Shown piece after piece: positions 1-11,271 of a stretch of DNA of 64,000 nucleotides; within the stretch, counting starts at the first letter, position 1; each line of letters begins with the position of its first letter. The stretch spans positions 1-64,000 of the forward strand of contig KZ538387.1 in assembly GCA_000934665.2 (NCBI GenBank), written 5' to 3'. Made by a program: the position numbers and the translations under genes. The notes beneath the pieces were generated by a model. The model worked only from the letters and a program-made list of their open reading frames with translations, was not told the origin of the DNA and did no database searches. The stretch is from Catajapyx aquilonaris. Taxonomy: Eukaryota.

Positions 1-330
1 CGTGGAACTCAGTCAGACCAAGCGATCCCCACCGTTTTTGACCCTCCTATGCAATTAGAGGTGCCACCGTGAAGTTGGCACCGCCAGGTTATTTTTTAAA
101 ATAAAAAATTAACGAGATTGGAACAAATTGATCTGGCGGTGGAACAACGTGGAACTCACTCAGAACAAGCGATCCGCAATGTTTTTTGTGCCAAATATGT
201 CATTGGCGGTGCCGGCCGTGAACTTGGCACCGCCTATTTATTTTTTAAATAAAAAGTTTCCGTGATTGGAACAAATTGATCTGGCGGTGGAACAATGTGG
301 AACTCACTTGGAACAATTAGACCACATCAC
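1..330. repeat. Tandem satellite, ~148-bp unit (about 2.2 copies, continues off the left edge)
   Basis: The motif (c/t)gtggaactca recurs at 1, 148 and 296; gattggaacaaattgatctggcggtggaacaa recurs at ~116 and ~264. Confidence 0.8.
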
Positions 331-1257
331 TAAACAGGTAATTCCGACGACTGGCGGTGCCAACTTCACGGACGTTTACGACAACTATGCCTGGATATTG
401 GTTTCTGATTATCTCTGTTCCCAAGAAGCAGAACACATCTTCCTTGTTTTCGTCAACTTTCAGAAAATCCGCCCAACATTTAGGAACTTTGTCCCCAGGT
501 GTAATTGTGTAAAACGGCGTCTGCTCCCTTTCCCTCTTTTTTGCCTGGTGAAACTGCGAATGTGAGTGGAAGATTTCTCAGCGTACTGGGAAAACGTGTC
601 CGCTAGATTTCACAAAAAGATTTTGCGGCAGCGTCAAGCGGCAAACGCGTCGTAGTGCAGTTCACATAAAATTTTTGCCGCGTGTCGGAGTTTGTCGCGC
701 GACAAATATCCCTCACTGCAAGAACAGGTCAGCCAGAATTTGTCGTGCGTTGAATATGACGGATCCGATGTACATTCGCATGTTTTTGGAAAGAAGGAAT
801 GGACTGGGAAAGGAAGCAGAACTCTATTAATACCTATGTTGGTAAATCGACATGCGTCATGACATGCAAGATAATAGGCCAGAATTTGTAGTCCCGCATC
901 ATAGTATCTCTCTTAAAATATTTATCCTAAATGGAAATCCGTACAGGGCAAGTGGGCAATTTTTGGTCACTAGACTCAAGGTTGAAGAGGAAAACATCAT
1001 TACCATATCAATGTCACCTAAGTTAACATATAAATCGACGGGAATCGTGTAGAACTACATTTAATATTCTGCGGTATGAAAATCCATCATGACTCTTCTG
1101 TTTCGGGCATCCTTGATGCTGTGGTGATGACTCACCTAGCACAAAATTGGGCATGCAACGTGATTATTTGTGCCTTGTTAATTTTTTGAATATTACTGAG
1201 TTACATTATACCATTGTTAGCGAAGATTATCGACACAAAAATGTTTTGGGCAATTTA

Positions 1258-1295
1258 TATAAAAAGGTATGGGAATCAATAGCAGAGGATCAGTC
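1258..1295 (+). promoter_or_regulatory. Candidate TATA box plus Inr core promoter of the IR gene
   Basis: TATAAAA at 1258-1264 and TCAGTC (arthropod Inr-like) at 1290-1295, just upstream of ATG 1301. Confidence 0.4.
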
Positions 1296-1300
1296 GAGCC

Positions 1301-3241
1301 ATGGAGAGAGAAGTGGTTGTAGTGTGTCTGTCCATCTTGGCCTGCTGTGCATATGGTCAAGTCCAGGTCAGGTCCTCTACATCTGTTGGGTCGGAGGAAG
1401 AGGAACTGGCGTCATCATTGGTGAGTGATGTCCATCGGGAGAGAGGGGATGGATGTCTCTTGGTGTTGTGCGGAGAGTGGACGCTGTTTCCTTCTTCACT
1501 GAACCGGCTGATCAACAATGGATCGGAGGAAGTGGCGATGGTGAGGTGGGACGGTACACCAGTGGACGCCAGTGGACTGTACTGGTTCTCCTGGCTGCAC
1601 AGACCGGGGGCCAGGAGACTGGGCCTCTGTGTCACCTTCCTCTTCGCCTTCGGGACACTGGACACCTTGTCTCCTCTGGTGGTCCACGCGGCCACTCTTC
1701 ACCTCATGGACACCGGAAGGGACAGGTTCATATTCTGGCCCAGGGACGGAGGTCTGGACACAGTCTTGATGCATCCCACTGCCCAACTGATGCTCTTTCA
1801 GGTCGGGATCAAGTATGACGAGGAGTCTCACTCACTGCAGGTTATGGCAAACTGTCACTATTGCGATCATGGTCATCCAAAAGTGGTGCATGTAACTCAA
1901 TACAAAAAGGATGACCATATACCGGAGTTGTTCACTGATTATTCTACCTATCTGCATGGAAAGGTAATTAATGGTACAGCACCGATTGATATGTTCAAGG
2001 GAGAGCTGCAATTCTTGTTAGACAATTCACTGCCAGTGTTTGGTGTTTTCATATTCCTACTTTTGACTAGTGATGCACTGAATTTTGATTGGAACCTAGC
2101 AGGTGATCAGTTAGATGATGGTGTGGTTCCTGACACTTTGATGCCCGATGGTAATTACACAGGTCAAACTGGTGAAATTATCCATGGAAGGTCGGAGATA
2201 GGCCTCATACCTTTAACCTTGATTAGTTCAGTAGTGCAGGTTATATCACCTGTCTTTTATTCACAGGTGACATTTACCACCAGGACATCGAGACCTAGTT
2301 ACTCTTGGAATTCTGTCTTTATGCCTTACACTCCTGAAATGTGGGTTTTAATATTGCTGGCCACTCTAATCGGAAGTGTCGTCCTTTTCGCATTGCTAAA
2401 AACAGAGAGCACTTTCCGCCGTCCCTTTCCAGACAAGGGACCGTCCTATTCCCTTTTCCTCTACTCAGCCAGATACCTGTTTTCCACCTTGATCGAGGAA
2501 AACCCCAACACCATCCCTCGAGGTGACCCATCTCGAATATTCATATCCTTCTGGTGGATATATTCCCTGGTCATAATCATCGGATACGAAGCATTATACT
2601 TCGGATTCTTAGCGTCTCCACTGCAGGAGGATTTGCCTGACTCGTATCAAGAACTCAACATTAAGCGTAACCAGTGGGAATGGGGAACTATGGGAATGGC
2701 GAAGCATTACTTCGCAGGTATTTTCTCCAATAATGATTTGGAATACTTTAAACCAATTGTTCAGTATATGATAGATCAACCCGATTTCACTACCTGTATT
2801 CGAAAATCTATAAATGAGAATTTTGCCTGTATATTTCCAGAGAACATTTTGCTTGCAATGGGGTCCCAATATGTAGACAAATCCGGAAATATGCCAGTGG
2901 TTGTTGCTAAAAATGCAGCTATATTAGTATTGAGTGGATATGTTTTGGGCAAACACAGCAAGTTGGGACCAGTTCTTGACAGAATGACTCTTTATTATAT
3001 TGATTCAGGTCTGATGGCTTATTATGAAAAGTATCTGGAGTACACCTGTCTTCTGATGGGATTAAAGGAAGCGAGAAAACTGGACAGATCGTACCAGAAA
3101 TCAATGTCATTGAATTTTGATCAGCTGAGGGGAGTGATGTGTTTTCTTGTCATATGTTCCTGGGGGTGTGGAATTATATTGTTCACTGGAGAAGTTTTTC
3201 ATATGAAAAATGTGAAAAATGTGATGTACCACCAGTCATAA
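1301..3241 (+). CDS. Divergent ionotropic receptor (IR; variant iGluR chemoreceptor), intronless, 646 aa
   Basis: Signal peptide; S1-like GQTGEIIHGRSEIGL; pre-M1/M1 SVFMPYTPEMWVLIL; RIFISFWWIYSLVIIIGYEALYFGFLASP segment; S2-like YIDSGLM; C-terminal TM. Confidence 0.88.
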   Translation: MEREVVVVCLSILACCAYGQVQVRSSTSVGSEEEELASSLVSDVHRERGDGCLLVLCGEWTLFPSSLNRLINNGSEEVAMVRWDGTPVDASGLYWFSWLHRPGARRLGLCVTFLFAFGTLDTLSPLVVHAATLHLMDTGRDRFIFWPRDGGLDTVLMHPTAQLMLFQVGIKYDEESHSLQVMANCHYCDHGHPKVVHVTQYKKDDHIPELFTDYSTYLHGKVINGTAPIDMFKGELQFLLDNSLPVFGVFIFLLLTSDALNFDWNLAGDQLDDGVVPDTLMPDGNYTGQTGEIIHGRSEIGLIPLTLISSVVQVISPVFYSQVTFTTRTSRPSYSWNSVFMPYTPEMWVLILLATLIGSVVLFALLKTESTFRRPFPDKGPSYSLFLYSARYLFSTLIEENPNTIPRGDPSRIFISFWWIYSLVIIIGYEALYFGFLASPLQEDLPDSYQELNIKRNQWEWGTMGMAKHYFAGIFSNNDLEYFKPIVQYMIDQPDFTTCIRKSINENFACIFPENILLAMGSQYVDKSGNMPVVVAKNAAILVLSGYVLGKHSKLGPVLDRMTLYYIDSGLMAYYEKYLEYTCLLMGLKEARKLDRSYQKSMSLNFDQLRGVMCFLVICSWGCGIILFTGEVFHMKNVKNVMYHQS

Positions 3242-3764
3242 AATAACCTTTGTAATCACCATAGTTAATTGAATGTTGTAGTGAACAGTGGAAAATAAAG
3301 GCATGTGTTTGATGGGTGCAAGCCTGAGCCTCTCGAACTGAATTTCTGTAAAACCATAAATATGGACTACCAGAATGCCGCTACATTGACATTCTGATAT
3401 GAGGAAAAATCTCTTAATTCAGGAATGATAATATGGTTATGGGTCAGAAAAATTATGAATAAAGATGACTTTTTCACCATCGCATAGTGTTCAGAAAAAT
3501 GTGCAGAACCATATACCCAAAGTTCCACCCAATTGGTGCTGGGAAACCGGCCGCCATATTTCCAAGATTTCTGCCATATTTTGGATTATTTAGACTTATC
3601 TCGTAAACGGCTGTGTGAATGTGAATTTATGACGAGTATACCAAATGAAAGAATGTACGAGGCATTCCACGTCAAGTGTGACACCCCTCCTTATCAGGCC
3701 CTTATCAGTGGGGCTTGACGTCGGCTTATTTCTGCCTCTAAGGCTCAACACCGACGCCAGGGGG

Positions 3765-3870
3765 TGGTCCTCCTCCTGGAAATTTGGCCACTCTGGGGAT
3801 CTTTAACGTGCACTCGCGCAATGTCACAAACACACGGGACCGACTGCTTTACTTCCTCTTCGAAGGAAAG
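3765..3870 (-). mobile_element. SINE fragment with a Deu/Nin-like (tick Ruka-like) central domain
   Basis: Minus strand reads tccttcgaagaggaagtaaagcagtcggtcccgtgt...gcacgttaaagatccccagagtggccaaatttcc. This resembles the GCACGTTAAAGAWCCC core as I recall it; not searched. Confidence 0.5.
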
Positions 3871-4654
3871 CCTATACTCTCACTTTCCTACCAAACCCCT
3901 CCTGACAAAATCTTTTCGATCAAAACCGAGTATGTTGTGGTACCTGCGTGTGTCTGAGCAAGGAACTCGTTTTATTCGTCCTTGCGACGCGTTGTTGCAT
4001 AACTACAGGGTGTCAAATGTGCCCATTTTCGAGCATTTTTGCTCTTTTTCGTGGTCACTGTGATGGTCATATATCTCCTAGAATGTCAGCCAAATCTCAC
4101 ATATGATAGGTGCATCTGAAATGAATTTTTGCTCTCTATAAGATGGTCATGCTCATTTTTAAGAAATCCGAAAATTTAAAATTAAATATATATGGATTTT
4201 CATATTGATCAATAACACTGTTCTGCAAAAAAAAAAAAAAAACCTTTCTTTCGCTCTTTTGAAAACTTTTATGTGCTCTTTATAGATTTTGGGGTGCTGA
4301 ATCCGAATACAGCAACAGATTTGCTCTATCATGTACAGTTTTTGAGATATATCGTTTTAAAAGTTTGGACGGTTTACTAGGGGTATTTCCGAATCAAGTG
4401 GGCCTAAATGTTGCTAGACCGCCTCGGATTTTGGTGACAATAATCCCAGATGTACTAGTCTATTCCTTAACCCTGCCTATAAATATTCAGCCATATTGCT
4501 CAATACTACGATGAGGGGGGAAAATCGCAAACATCTGGAAATGGCTAAAAATGAGGCCTTTTTTGGAGAATTTTTTTCGGTTAGTGGAAGTGGTCAAAAC
4601 CCAATGAAAATATATATCAAAAGAAAGGGAAACACCAGGAAAATGCGCCCATGG

Positions 4655-4910
4655 AATTGAATCGGTTTTAGGAAAAAGGATGTAAGTCACAAAATTGCGA
4701 TTTTCAGGTTAATCGTCGATGGTATGGTACAACGCAAGGGGCATCTTTTGGTATAGGAACGATGTCAGTCAGGCCAGCCATGCACGAATAGCAGCATGTT
4801 CTCATATCATGATTCTTGAAATAACGCCCTAAGTCAGTGACAGTTTTTTGTCATTCTCCAAAAGTTGTATTTTTGTGACTTACATCCTTTTTCCTAAAAC
4901 CGATTCAATT
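4655..4910. mobile_element. 40-bp perfect inverted-repeat pair (DNA-transposon/MITE remnant)
   Basis: aattgaatcggttttaggaaaaaggatgtaagtcacaaaa at 4655-4694 and its exact reverse complement at 4871-4910. Confidence 0.65.
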
Positions 4911-5332
4911 AGTTTTCCTCTAAAATGTAAAAAATAAATTTTTATAGCATTTCATTGGTCACTTGCTCAGTCACATGCCCAAGAATATATTGTGATCTGA
5001 ACAATATATTAATGATGTATTTGCGTTACATCAGTCATATTTGGTGACACTAGTTGTGACCGATATAAGGTTCAGTATGTTAAGTTTGAGGACTGGGTCA
5101 TGCATGGTTCAGGGCTAGCCGCTTCCTTCCTTCCCTATCCTTGGAGGTTGAAAGGCAATGCTGGGCCAACCTCCCTAATATAAATTAATTCAGTGTACCT
5201 ATGTGTACAGACTGTATGGTCGCCCAGCTGTATTGTTGTACAAACATTGGGTAGGCTCGGTTCGCCACCTTGAATCACATGCATCATTGGAACCACAGAT
5301 AGGAGCCGTATTTTCAAACTGCACACCCTTAA

Positions 5333-6125
5333 CCCTTTGACGAGTTTTTGGCAGGTTTTTGGGCCGCTTCTTCTCTTTTTTTTGTCCAAAATGCGACGTA
5401 GGAGTGATATATATTAATGAATAACAACTTCGCACCAGAATTAAATTCGTGTTGGTCCTTTTTGGTTATAAAATCCCGGGAAATAATTAATTTACAGGGT
5501 GTTTCGGAAATAAACTTTTTAGAATCGTCCGGCTCTCAGAAAGTCGATAGGCCTAACAAGTTTACCTAGTCAGTCAGTCACTATACATTGTTCTTACGGT
5601 TACATAATATTACCACAACACTGTACAGTGTTGGACATTAATCGAGGCATTCGAGGCCCTGGTGGCTAGCGACATTTTCCGAATCGGCAGAAGAAGGAAC
5701 CGAAGATAAGCATTCTGCAAGCCAGGCGAGCAAGATTCCTTCTTCTGCCGCTTCCGAAAATGTCGCTAGCATTATGCCTCGATATATGTCCAATACTGTA
5801 GGTACTATGATAAACTCCCAAGTGTCCAGACTTTACGGGCTCCCTGTACTGAGGGATCATGTTCATATAAACGATCACGTGGGAGCAACGTGACCTTGGC
5901 ATATACGACTCACCTTGGCGGGAACAGAGGGGGGGGGGGNGCGGGGGGGGGGGGGAATCTGGGGTTGCTATGGTAGTTGAGTCACCATCCAAGAGATGGC
6001 AGGAGCATATTGAACCGGGTTTGGCACCGCAAAGTTCGCCTTCTCTATGCACATCCTCGCGCACCAAATTCAAAAACCCTCAGGACATCACGATAATAAT
6101 TATGATGTACTTAGCCGTCAAAGGG
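5333..6125. mobile_element. Non-autonomous piggyBac-like element
   Basis: TTAA|CCCTTTGACG ... CGTCAAAGGG|TTAA; TTAA at 5329-5332 and 6126-6129. Confidence 0.7.
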
Positions 6126-6194
6126 TTAATATAAGAAGGGGGGAGGGGAGTATGATGCGGATAATTGTTGGATGAGCATCATTAAGAACATGCC

Positions 6195-6286
6195 CTACAC
6201 CGCAGGCCTAGAAAGGCGCGAGCGAAGCGAGTGGTTTTCTAGGCCTGCGCCCTAGGAAGATGCGAGCGGAGCGAGGGTTTTCCTAG
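6195..6286 (+). mobile_element. Helitron-like 3' end remnant
   Basis: GC-rich gcgagcg hairpin repeats ending ttttcctag|t; similar to the end of the 57507-57729 element. Confidence 0.45.
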
Positions 6287-6332
6287 TACAAGCGTTTCAA
6301 ATGGGTGCTTCTGATAACTTTATGTGGTTCAC

Positions 6333-6611
6333 TACCGAAGCAGGTTGGCATAGTGGATAAGGCGTCCGACTGCTAATCGGGAGGTCCTGGGTTCGAATCC
6401 CGGGGCCGGCAACTCTGACCGTGGTTTTCTGTGGTTTCCCACGGTCCTTCCAGGAAAATTCCGGAGTTGCTTCCGTAATTAATAGGCCGCAGCCGCTTCC
6501 TTCCGTCCCTATCCTATCCCAAAGAGCACAGTAAAATGAAAGCAAAGAGTTCCTGGCAAAACAAACTTCCCCCCTAAAGAGCCGATGGCTGATAACGGGG
6601 TATGAATTATT
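6333..6611 (+). mobile_element. tRNA-derived SINE, family S2, full length
   Basis: A box tggcatagtgg, gactgctaatc loop, B box ggttcgaatcc; 18-bp TSD taactttatgtggttcac at 6315-6332 and 6612-6629. Confidence 0.85.
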
Positions 6612-7455
6612 TAACTTTATGTGGTTCACCTTTTTAGTATGCCTCTTAAATAGGTTTTTATTATTACCATGGTAGACTGATAGAATAAAAAATTCTCATG
6701 ATGAGCAGAATAAATTTTTACCGCAACAAAATTTGAATAATTTTATTGCTAATGGAGGTGACTACATTTACGGTACGCGTATTGCTACTAAAATCTCATT
6801 ATATTCAGTTATTTATGCATATTGTACGACACTGGATAGTACAAAATTGGTCGGGCATATGAACGAATATGTGACACTCTGACGAATGAGAGTGAATGGC
6901 ATTGTGGAAGGCACTTTCGAGTTATATAAAGACTATAAAAGACATGTCTATCTTTTCCGATCTGTAAATGCCATACACCTGTGAATATTAATCGTCTGTG
7001 TGCTCGAGGTCATTAAAACCATTTGTCATTACTGGAGTATACCGTACAGAATTGTGGGAAGGTTTAACGACAGCACATATTATTCAATGGGTGTCTTTAC
7101 CCCGCCCTGTAACATAGAAAAGAGTTGTGCCAAGAGTTGAATGAGGCTTGATTTATGCGGCAATTCACTCAACCCAAACATCTCCACCCATCTTTGATCG
7201 ATTGTGACAACCATTGCTACCATAGTGGACCATCATTAAGAAGGCGTCACTATAAATATTTAATGAACAGTCTACACACATGGCATCAATCCCACCCCCA
7301 TGCATCAGCACAATAAGTGTTTTGTTAAATCCAATATCAAAAACCCAGAACCAGCATGTCACTGTGCTGTTAATAATGTCTTCGATTATATGTCGCCTGT
7401 TGGGTGACCTCTGCGCTGCACATTTCCTGCAGTTTGTCTCGCAATAGTCCCAGCC

Positions 7456-8822
7456 ATGCTAACCGGTCCTAAACTGGTTGCAAAGAGTGCGTGGCAGATA
7501 GACGATAGTAATAGGCTGCAATGGGCATTCAGGCCAATCGCATTGTTGTCCACCGCCAGTGGCTTGATGCCTCTGAGGTGGACAGGCAGAAGACACCGGT
7601 TCCTCAAGTTGTATCAAAACTGGCCGGCCATACTACATATGTCCATCGTGGTCATATTGGGCTCCATGTGTTTCCTCCACGTACCGAAAGAGATTGAGTA
7701 CCTTCCGACATTCACCACCACAGAGATATACAATGAGGCGGTCATGTACGCAGCAGAACTAGTTTGTCCACTAATCACATTCATTTTAATGCAGATTAAG
7801 ATGAGCAGAATTAGCAGAATCGTGGATCAAATAGCTGCTACTGAGCAGGATATTGAGTGTGTCCGGATCAACCAAAGACTTCGAACCTGGTCGTGTGTGT
7901 TAGTGGCCAGTGCGGTAGTTGTACCAGCTGTTGCCGTACTTAGCTGGATATCTGCGTTTGTCCAGGACGAATTTAATATCGGGAACATCTACTTCTTCTT
8001 CCTGATTGGACATGGAAACTTGTTGCTGCACGTTCCGTTATTGCAGGTAGTGTTCTTTTCGGTGGCGATTAGACACAGGTTCTCTGTAGTGAATACGGCC
8101 ATACACTCCTGCAGTGTGAGGACACAATGCAAGGGACATCGGAACATTCGAATGTCGTGCAAGACATTCATTGCTCTCTACAGAGTCACGCAGCATGTGA
8201 GCGAAGTGTACGGGCCTGTCATTGTTGTTAGATACATTGCTTTTTTCTTGGACCTGATAGCCACCCTGTACCATTGGGCTTTCTTTGCGGTCAGAGGCTT
8301 GGACGTGTTTGACATTGTGACGAACTTGATGTACATTTGTGTTCAAGGTATTACGTTGGTGGTGTTCACTTTGACCCTGGGAGGAATACCAGTTGAGGTA
8401 AGTTGCACCTTGAAGGCTGGTATATACACTCCAGTTAACAACATCTCTTTCTGGTATAAGTCCAAAAGGAGCTTGGACGACCTCCTGTTCATCCGCACTT
8501 CATCTGACACGGATGTCAATCGAAACCACGTAAGTGACAGGGGTTCTATCATTATTAACTCATATATGCGCAATGTCCATTGTCTCTTACTTAGGTGGAC
8601 ACAATGGTTCAACTGATGCTGGGACCTCCCATTCAAATCACGGCCTCCAACTTCTTCTCACTCAATCGTGGACTGATCACCTCAGTAAGTTACGACATAT
8701 TAGCTGATGTTGCATGGAAAACGTGTGTATATATACTGTACTTGCAGATTTTGGGAACCATAATCACTTACTTCACCATACTGGCGCAATTTAGAGCAGC
8801 TGAGGAAAGACGTGCTGCCTGA
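7456..8822 (+). CDS. Gustatory receptor (7TM chemoreceptor); exons 7456-8397, 8461-8529, 8595-8684, 8748-8822
   Basis: Multiple TM segments; three phase-0 GT-AG introns at the 3' end (typical GR layout); ITASNFFSLNRGLITS followed by the TM7 signature ILGTIITYFTILAQF (TYhhhhhQF). Confidence 0.9.
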
Positions 8823-9241
8823 ATTATTCCAGGACTGCACAATAATACTGTCATAGTAGCTGCTGGCAATCTTGGAGGCACTGGTGGTTTTCCCCCCAGC
8901 TCCTGCTCACCCAATAGAATATTGTGCAACCCCTGCTCCTCTCCCCTCCTCCCACTAAGGGGGGCCCCAGAAGAGGCTGGGAAAAAGAGACTCCCCTCCC
9001 TCGTGCTTCCTCAGTAGCCACGGAGCCAGCAGGGCATTAACAGTGTAGCTACTCAGAGTGTTCCTATCAGAGTGTGTTCAACTAGATGAATACAAGAATT
9101 CCCGGAACTCTTGTGTCTTATTTACAACCACCTACTACAACAAATACCAAACAACATAGTTGTTCACGTGAAATTTATGTATCAGTACCCCTAGTCTAGT
9201 TACATGAATTATTGAGTTGCATAATTCATGCTGCATCCTTC

Positions 9242-9958
9242 TCAGTCAACACTCTCCTCGTCGTAACTCCCAACCGAATCTGTATCCTCTTCGCTGGCAG
9301 ATGAAGTCTCACTACCACTGACCTCTTGCAGCCTACTTTGTGCTCTGATTAGGGCTGTGGCTAGAGATATGGTCACCGCCCGGTTCACGAGTTGCTCCAG
9401 AAGGCCCCTACACCATTTAGCATCCACGCAGTCCATCGCCTTCCTCAGAACTGTCTCCAAGACATCATCAAATGACTCACCCTCAGCAAGGGACACCGCT
9501 TTGTCAGCGAGATCCCCCAACATTTCTCGCACCATCTGCTTCTTAGCCCGCTTCTTCAATGCTGCCACAAGCTTCCTCTGCTTTCTTTCCAGCACCTGAA
9601 ATGGAACCATTGGCAAGTTATACCATTGTTTAAAAAACAGACTTGGTGGCACACGCACCTTTCTTTTCTGTGCGTCGACGAGTTCCTTGACCTCCAGGAA
9701 TTCGATCTTGTCACGGTTCTGCCTGAGCTTGAGCTTAGCGTTGATCCTCCATCTGAGAATCCAGTGGGCCAGGTAGCGTAAGGGGTCACGGGGTCGCCTC
9801 TCACACATCTCGGCCAGGGCCAGCTTCAGAGGGAGGCCCAGGCGGTTGTGCAGAAGGGCCGTGGACACCTCCATTTCTGGGCGAGGGGGCGTCGGAGGGG
9901 CCTTGGCTCGCTTCTTGGATGCCTTGGACAAATTCTGGAGGGGCAGAGGAGGAGCCAT
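9242..9958 (-). CDS. Dpy-30 motif protein (DYDC-like); probable in-frame intron 9596-9658
   Basis: LHNRLGLPLKLALAEMCERRPRDPLRYLAHWILRW fits the Dpy-30 dimerisation motif; coiled coil and acidic tail follow; 63-nt GT-AG intron. Confidence 0.75.
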   Translation of the reverse strand: MAPPLPLQNLSKASKKRAKAPPTPPRPEMEVSTALLHNRLGLPLKLALAEMCERRPRDPLRYLAHWILRWRINAKLKLRQNRDKIEFLEVKELVDAQKRKVRVPPSLFFKQWYNLPMVPFQVLERKQRKLVAALKKRAKKQMVREMLGDLADKAVSLAEGESFDDVLETVLRKAMDCVDAKWCRGLLEQLVNRAVTISLATALIRAQSRLQEVSGSETSSASEEDTDSVGSYDEESVD

Positions 9959-10350
9959 GGTCGTCGGAAGGTGTTGAACAGCTTAGTAGTATTTCAATGT
10001 GACAGAATGTTGACAACGACGCTTGGCAACGGGAGGATGTCAACGGTTACCTCGAAGTCATCGCTACGACCGGTGCAATATTTGCATCCAGAGTGATTTG
10101 CATCGGCATACCGCATACGGATATTGTTGTGTGACATGGGTAACACACGGTGCTAAAATGCACTACCACATCAGGGGTGAAATACAATGTGAGTAGCTTA
10201 ATATCGCCAACTTAACCTATTCACATGAAACATCGGGTAATACAGCTCGGTATTTTTGGGGAAATTTCGAAAGACCAGAAAGCGGGAAGAAAAGAGGAAA
10301 ACACGTAATATTGCATTGCAGGGGTGATGTGTATGTTAAATGTTGCTTAA

Positions 10351-10476
10351 CCCTGTAATGCCCACTGTGTCATATTTGGCACACCATTTTGTGCAATTTT
10401 TGCAATTTTTATATTTTTTGTAAGTGCCAAATTGCACTAAATGGTGTGCCAGATATGACCCAAGGGCATTACAGGG
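10351..10476. mobile_element. piggyBac-type MITE
   Basis: TTAA|CCCTGTAATGCCC...GGGCATTACAGGG|TTAA with a ~38-bp imperfect TIR. Confidence 0.8.
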
Positions 10477-10483
10477 TTAACAT

Positions 10484-10757
10484 CAGTGTGTCTCATTTTT
10501 TTTCGTTGGCGACCACAAAAAGTCGTCCCGTGAAATTCACGACCTCCTAGATGTTCACATTTTGATCCCGAACATGAAAAGACAGGTAAACAGTGAAATG
10601 AAAATCATTGATAACTATTGTAGAGTATCGGAGTTGTTCTGTAACTTACCTTTATGTGCCTAATTTTCGAGAGATAGAATCATTTTGTGTAGATCAATTT
10701 TTGCCCTCACTCGCGACCCCATATTTGGGGTCACGACCCACAGTTTGGGAAGCACTG
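10484..10757. mobile_element. hAT (Charlie-like) MITE
   Basis: Ends cagtgtgtctca ... gggtcacgacccacagtttgggaagcactg; flanks nttaacat/attaacat form a 7/8-matching 8-bp TSD. Confidence 0.6.
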
Positions 10758-10782
10758 ATTAACATGCTTATACCGTTTCTGG

Positions 10783-11271
10783 TATTATTTAATTCAGATA
10801 TTGACAAGTAGCAGCAAATAGGTCTTTTTCAGGACTGAAACGGAATCCGGCCAAGGATAATGCATGGTCAAGCAGCTTTGAATTGCTCGTAGTTTTATAA
10901 TCACTCCCAAGTAAAATGACACAAGTAACATGCAAAACAAATGGGCGCCATCTATCACATTGGGTGCGGAATGGGTGATCCAGAGCATCTAAACTCAGCC
11001 AAGTCTTTACTTTTGCCTTCAACTTACCAATACAAATCTGTTTATCTGCTTCGATATCCTGATTACTTTGTACATGATTATATTGGCAAAAATGCTGCTT
11101 CACTTTTCTACTGGGGGTAAGCATTTGTCAATGGAACTCGTAGGATGACATCGTCATTTATTGTGGCGTGCTACTCGATAATATTTTTTTGCTTATATCT
11201 TGACCGTATACCACTTCAATCCTGAAAACATCAGATGTACTGCTACTTGCCAATATCTGAATTAAATAATA
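10783..11271. mobile_element. MITE with 32-bp TIRs
   Basis: tattatttaattcagatattgacaagtagcag (10783-10814) vs ctgctacttgccaatatctgaattaaataata (11240-11271), one mismatch. Confidence 0.65.

Noticed and set aside
1..330. CRISPR-like repeat array
   Set aside because: The whole 148-bp unit is repeated with no unique spacers, the context is eukaryotic, and there are no cas genes.
6336..6410. Functional tRNA gene (gactGCTaatc, Ser-like)
   Set aside because: No good acceptor stem or long variable arm; it is followed by a SINE body and flanked by an 18-bp TSD.
8398..8616. The 386-aa single-exon ORF as the true GR C-terminus
   Set aside because: It reads through introns; splicing restores the TY...QF motif.
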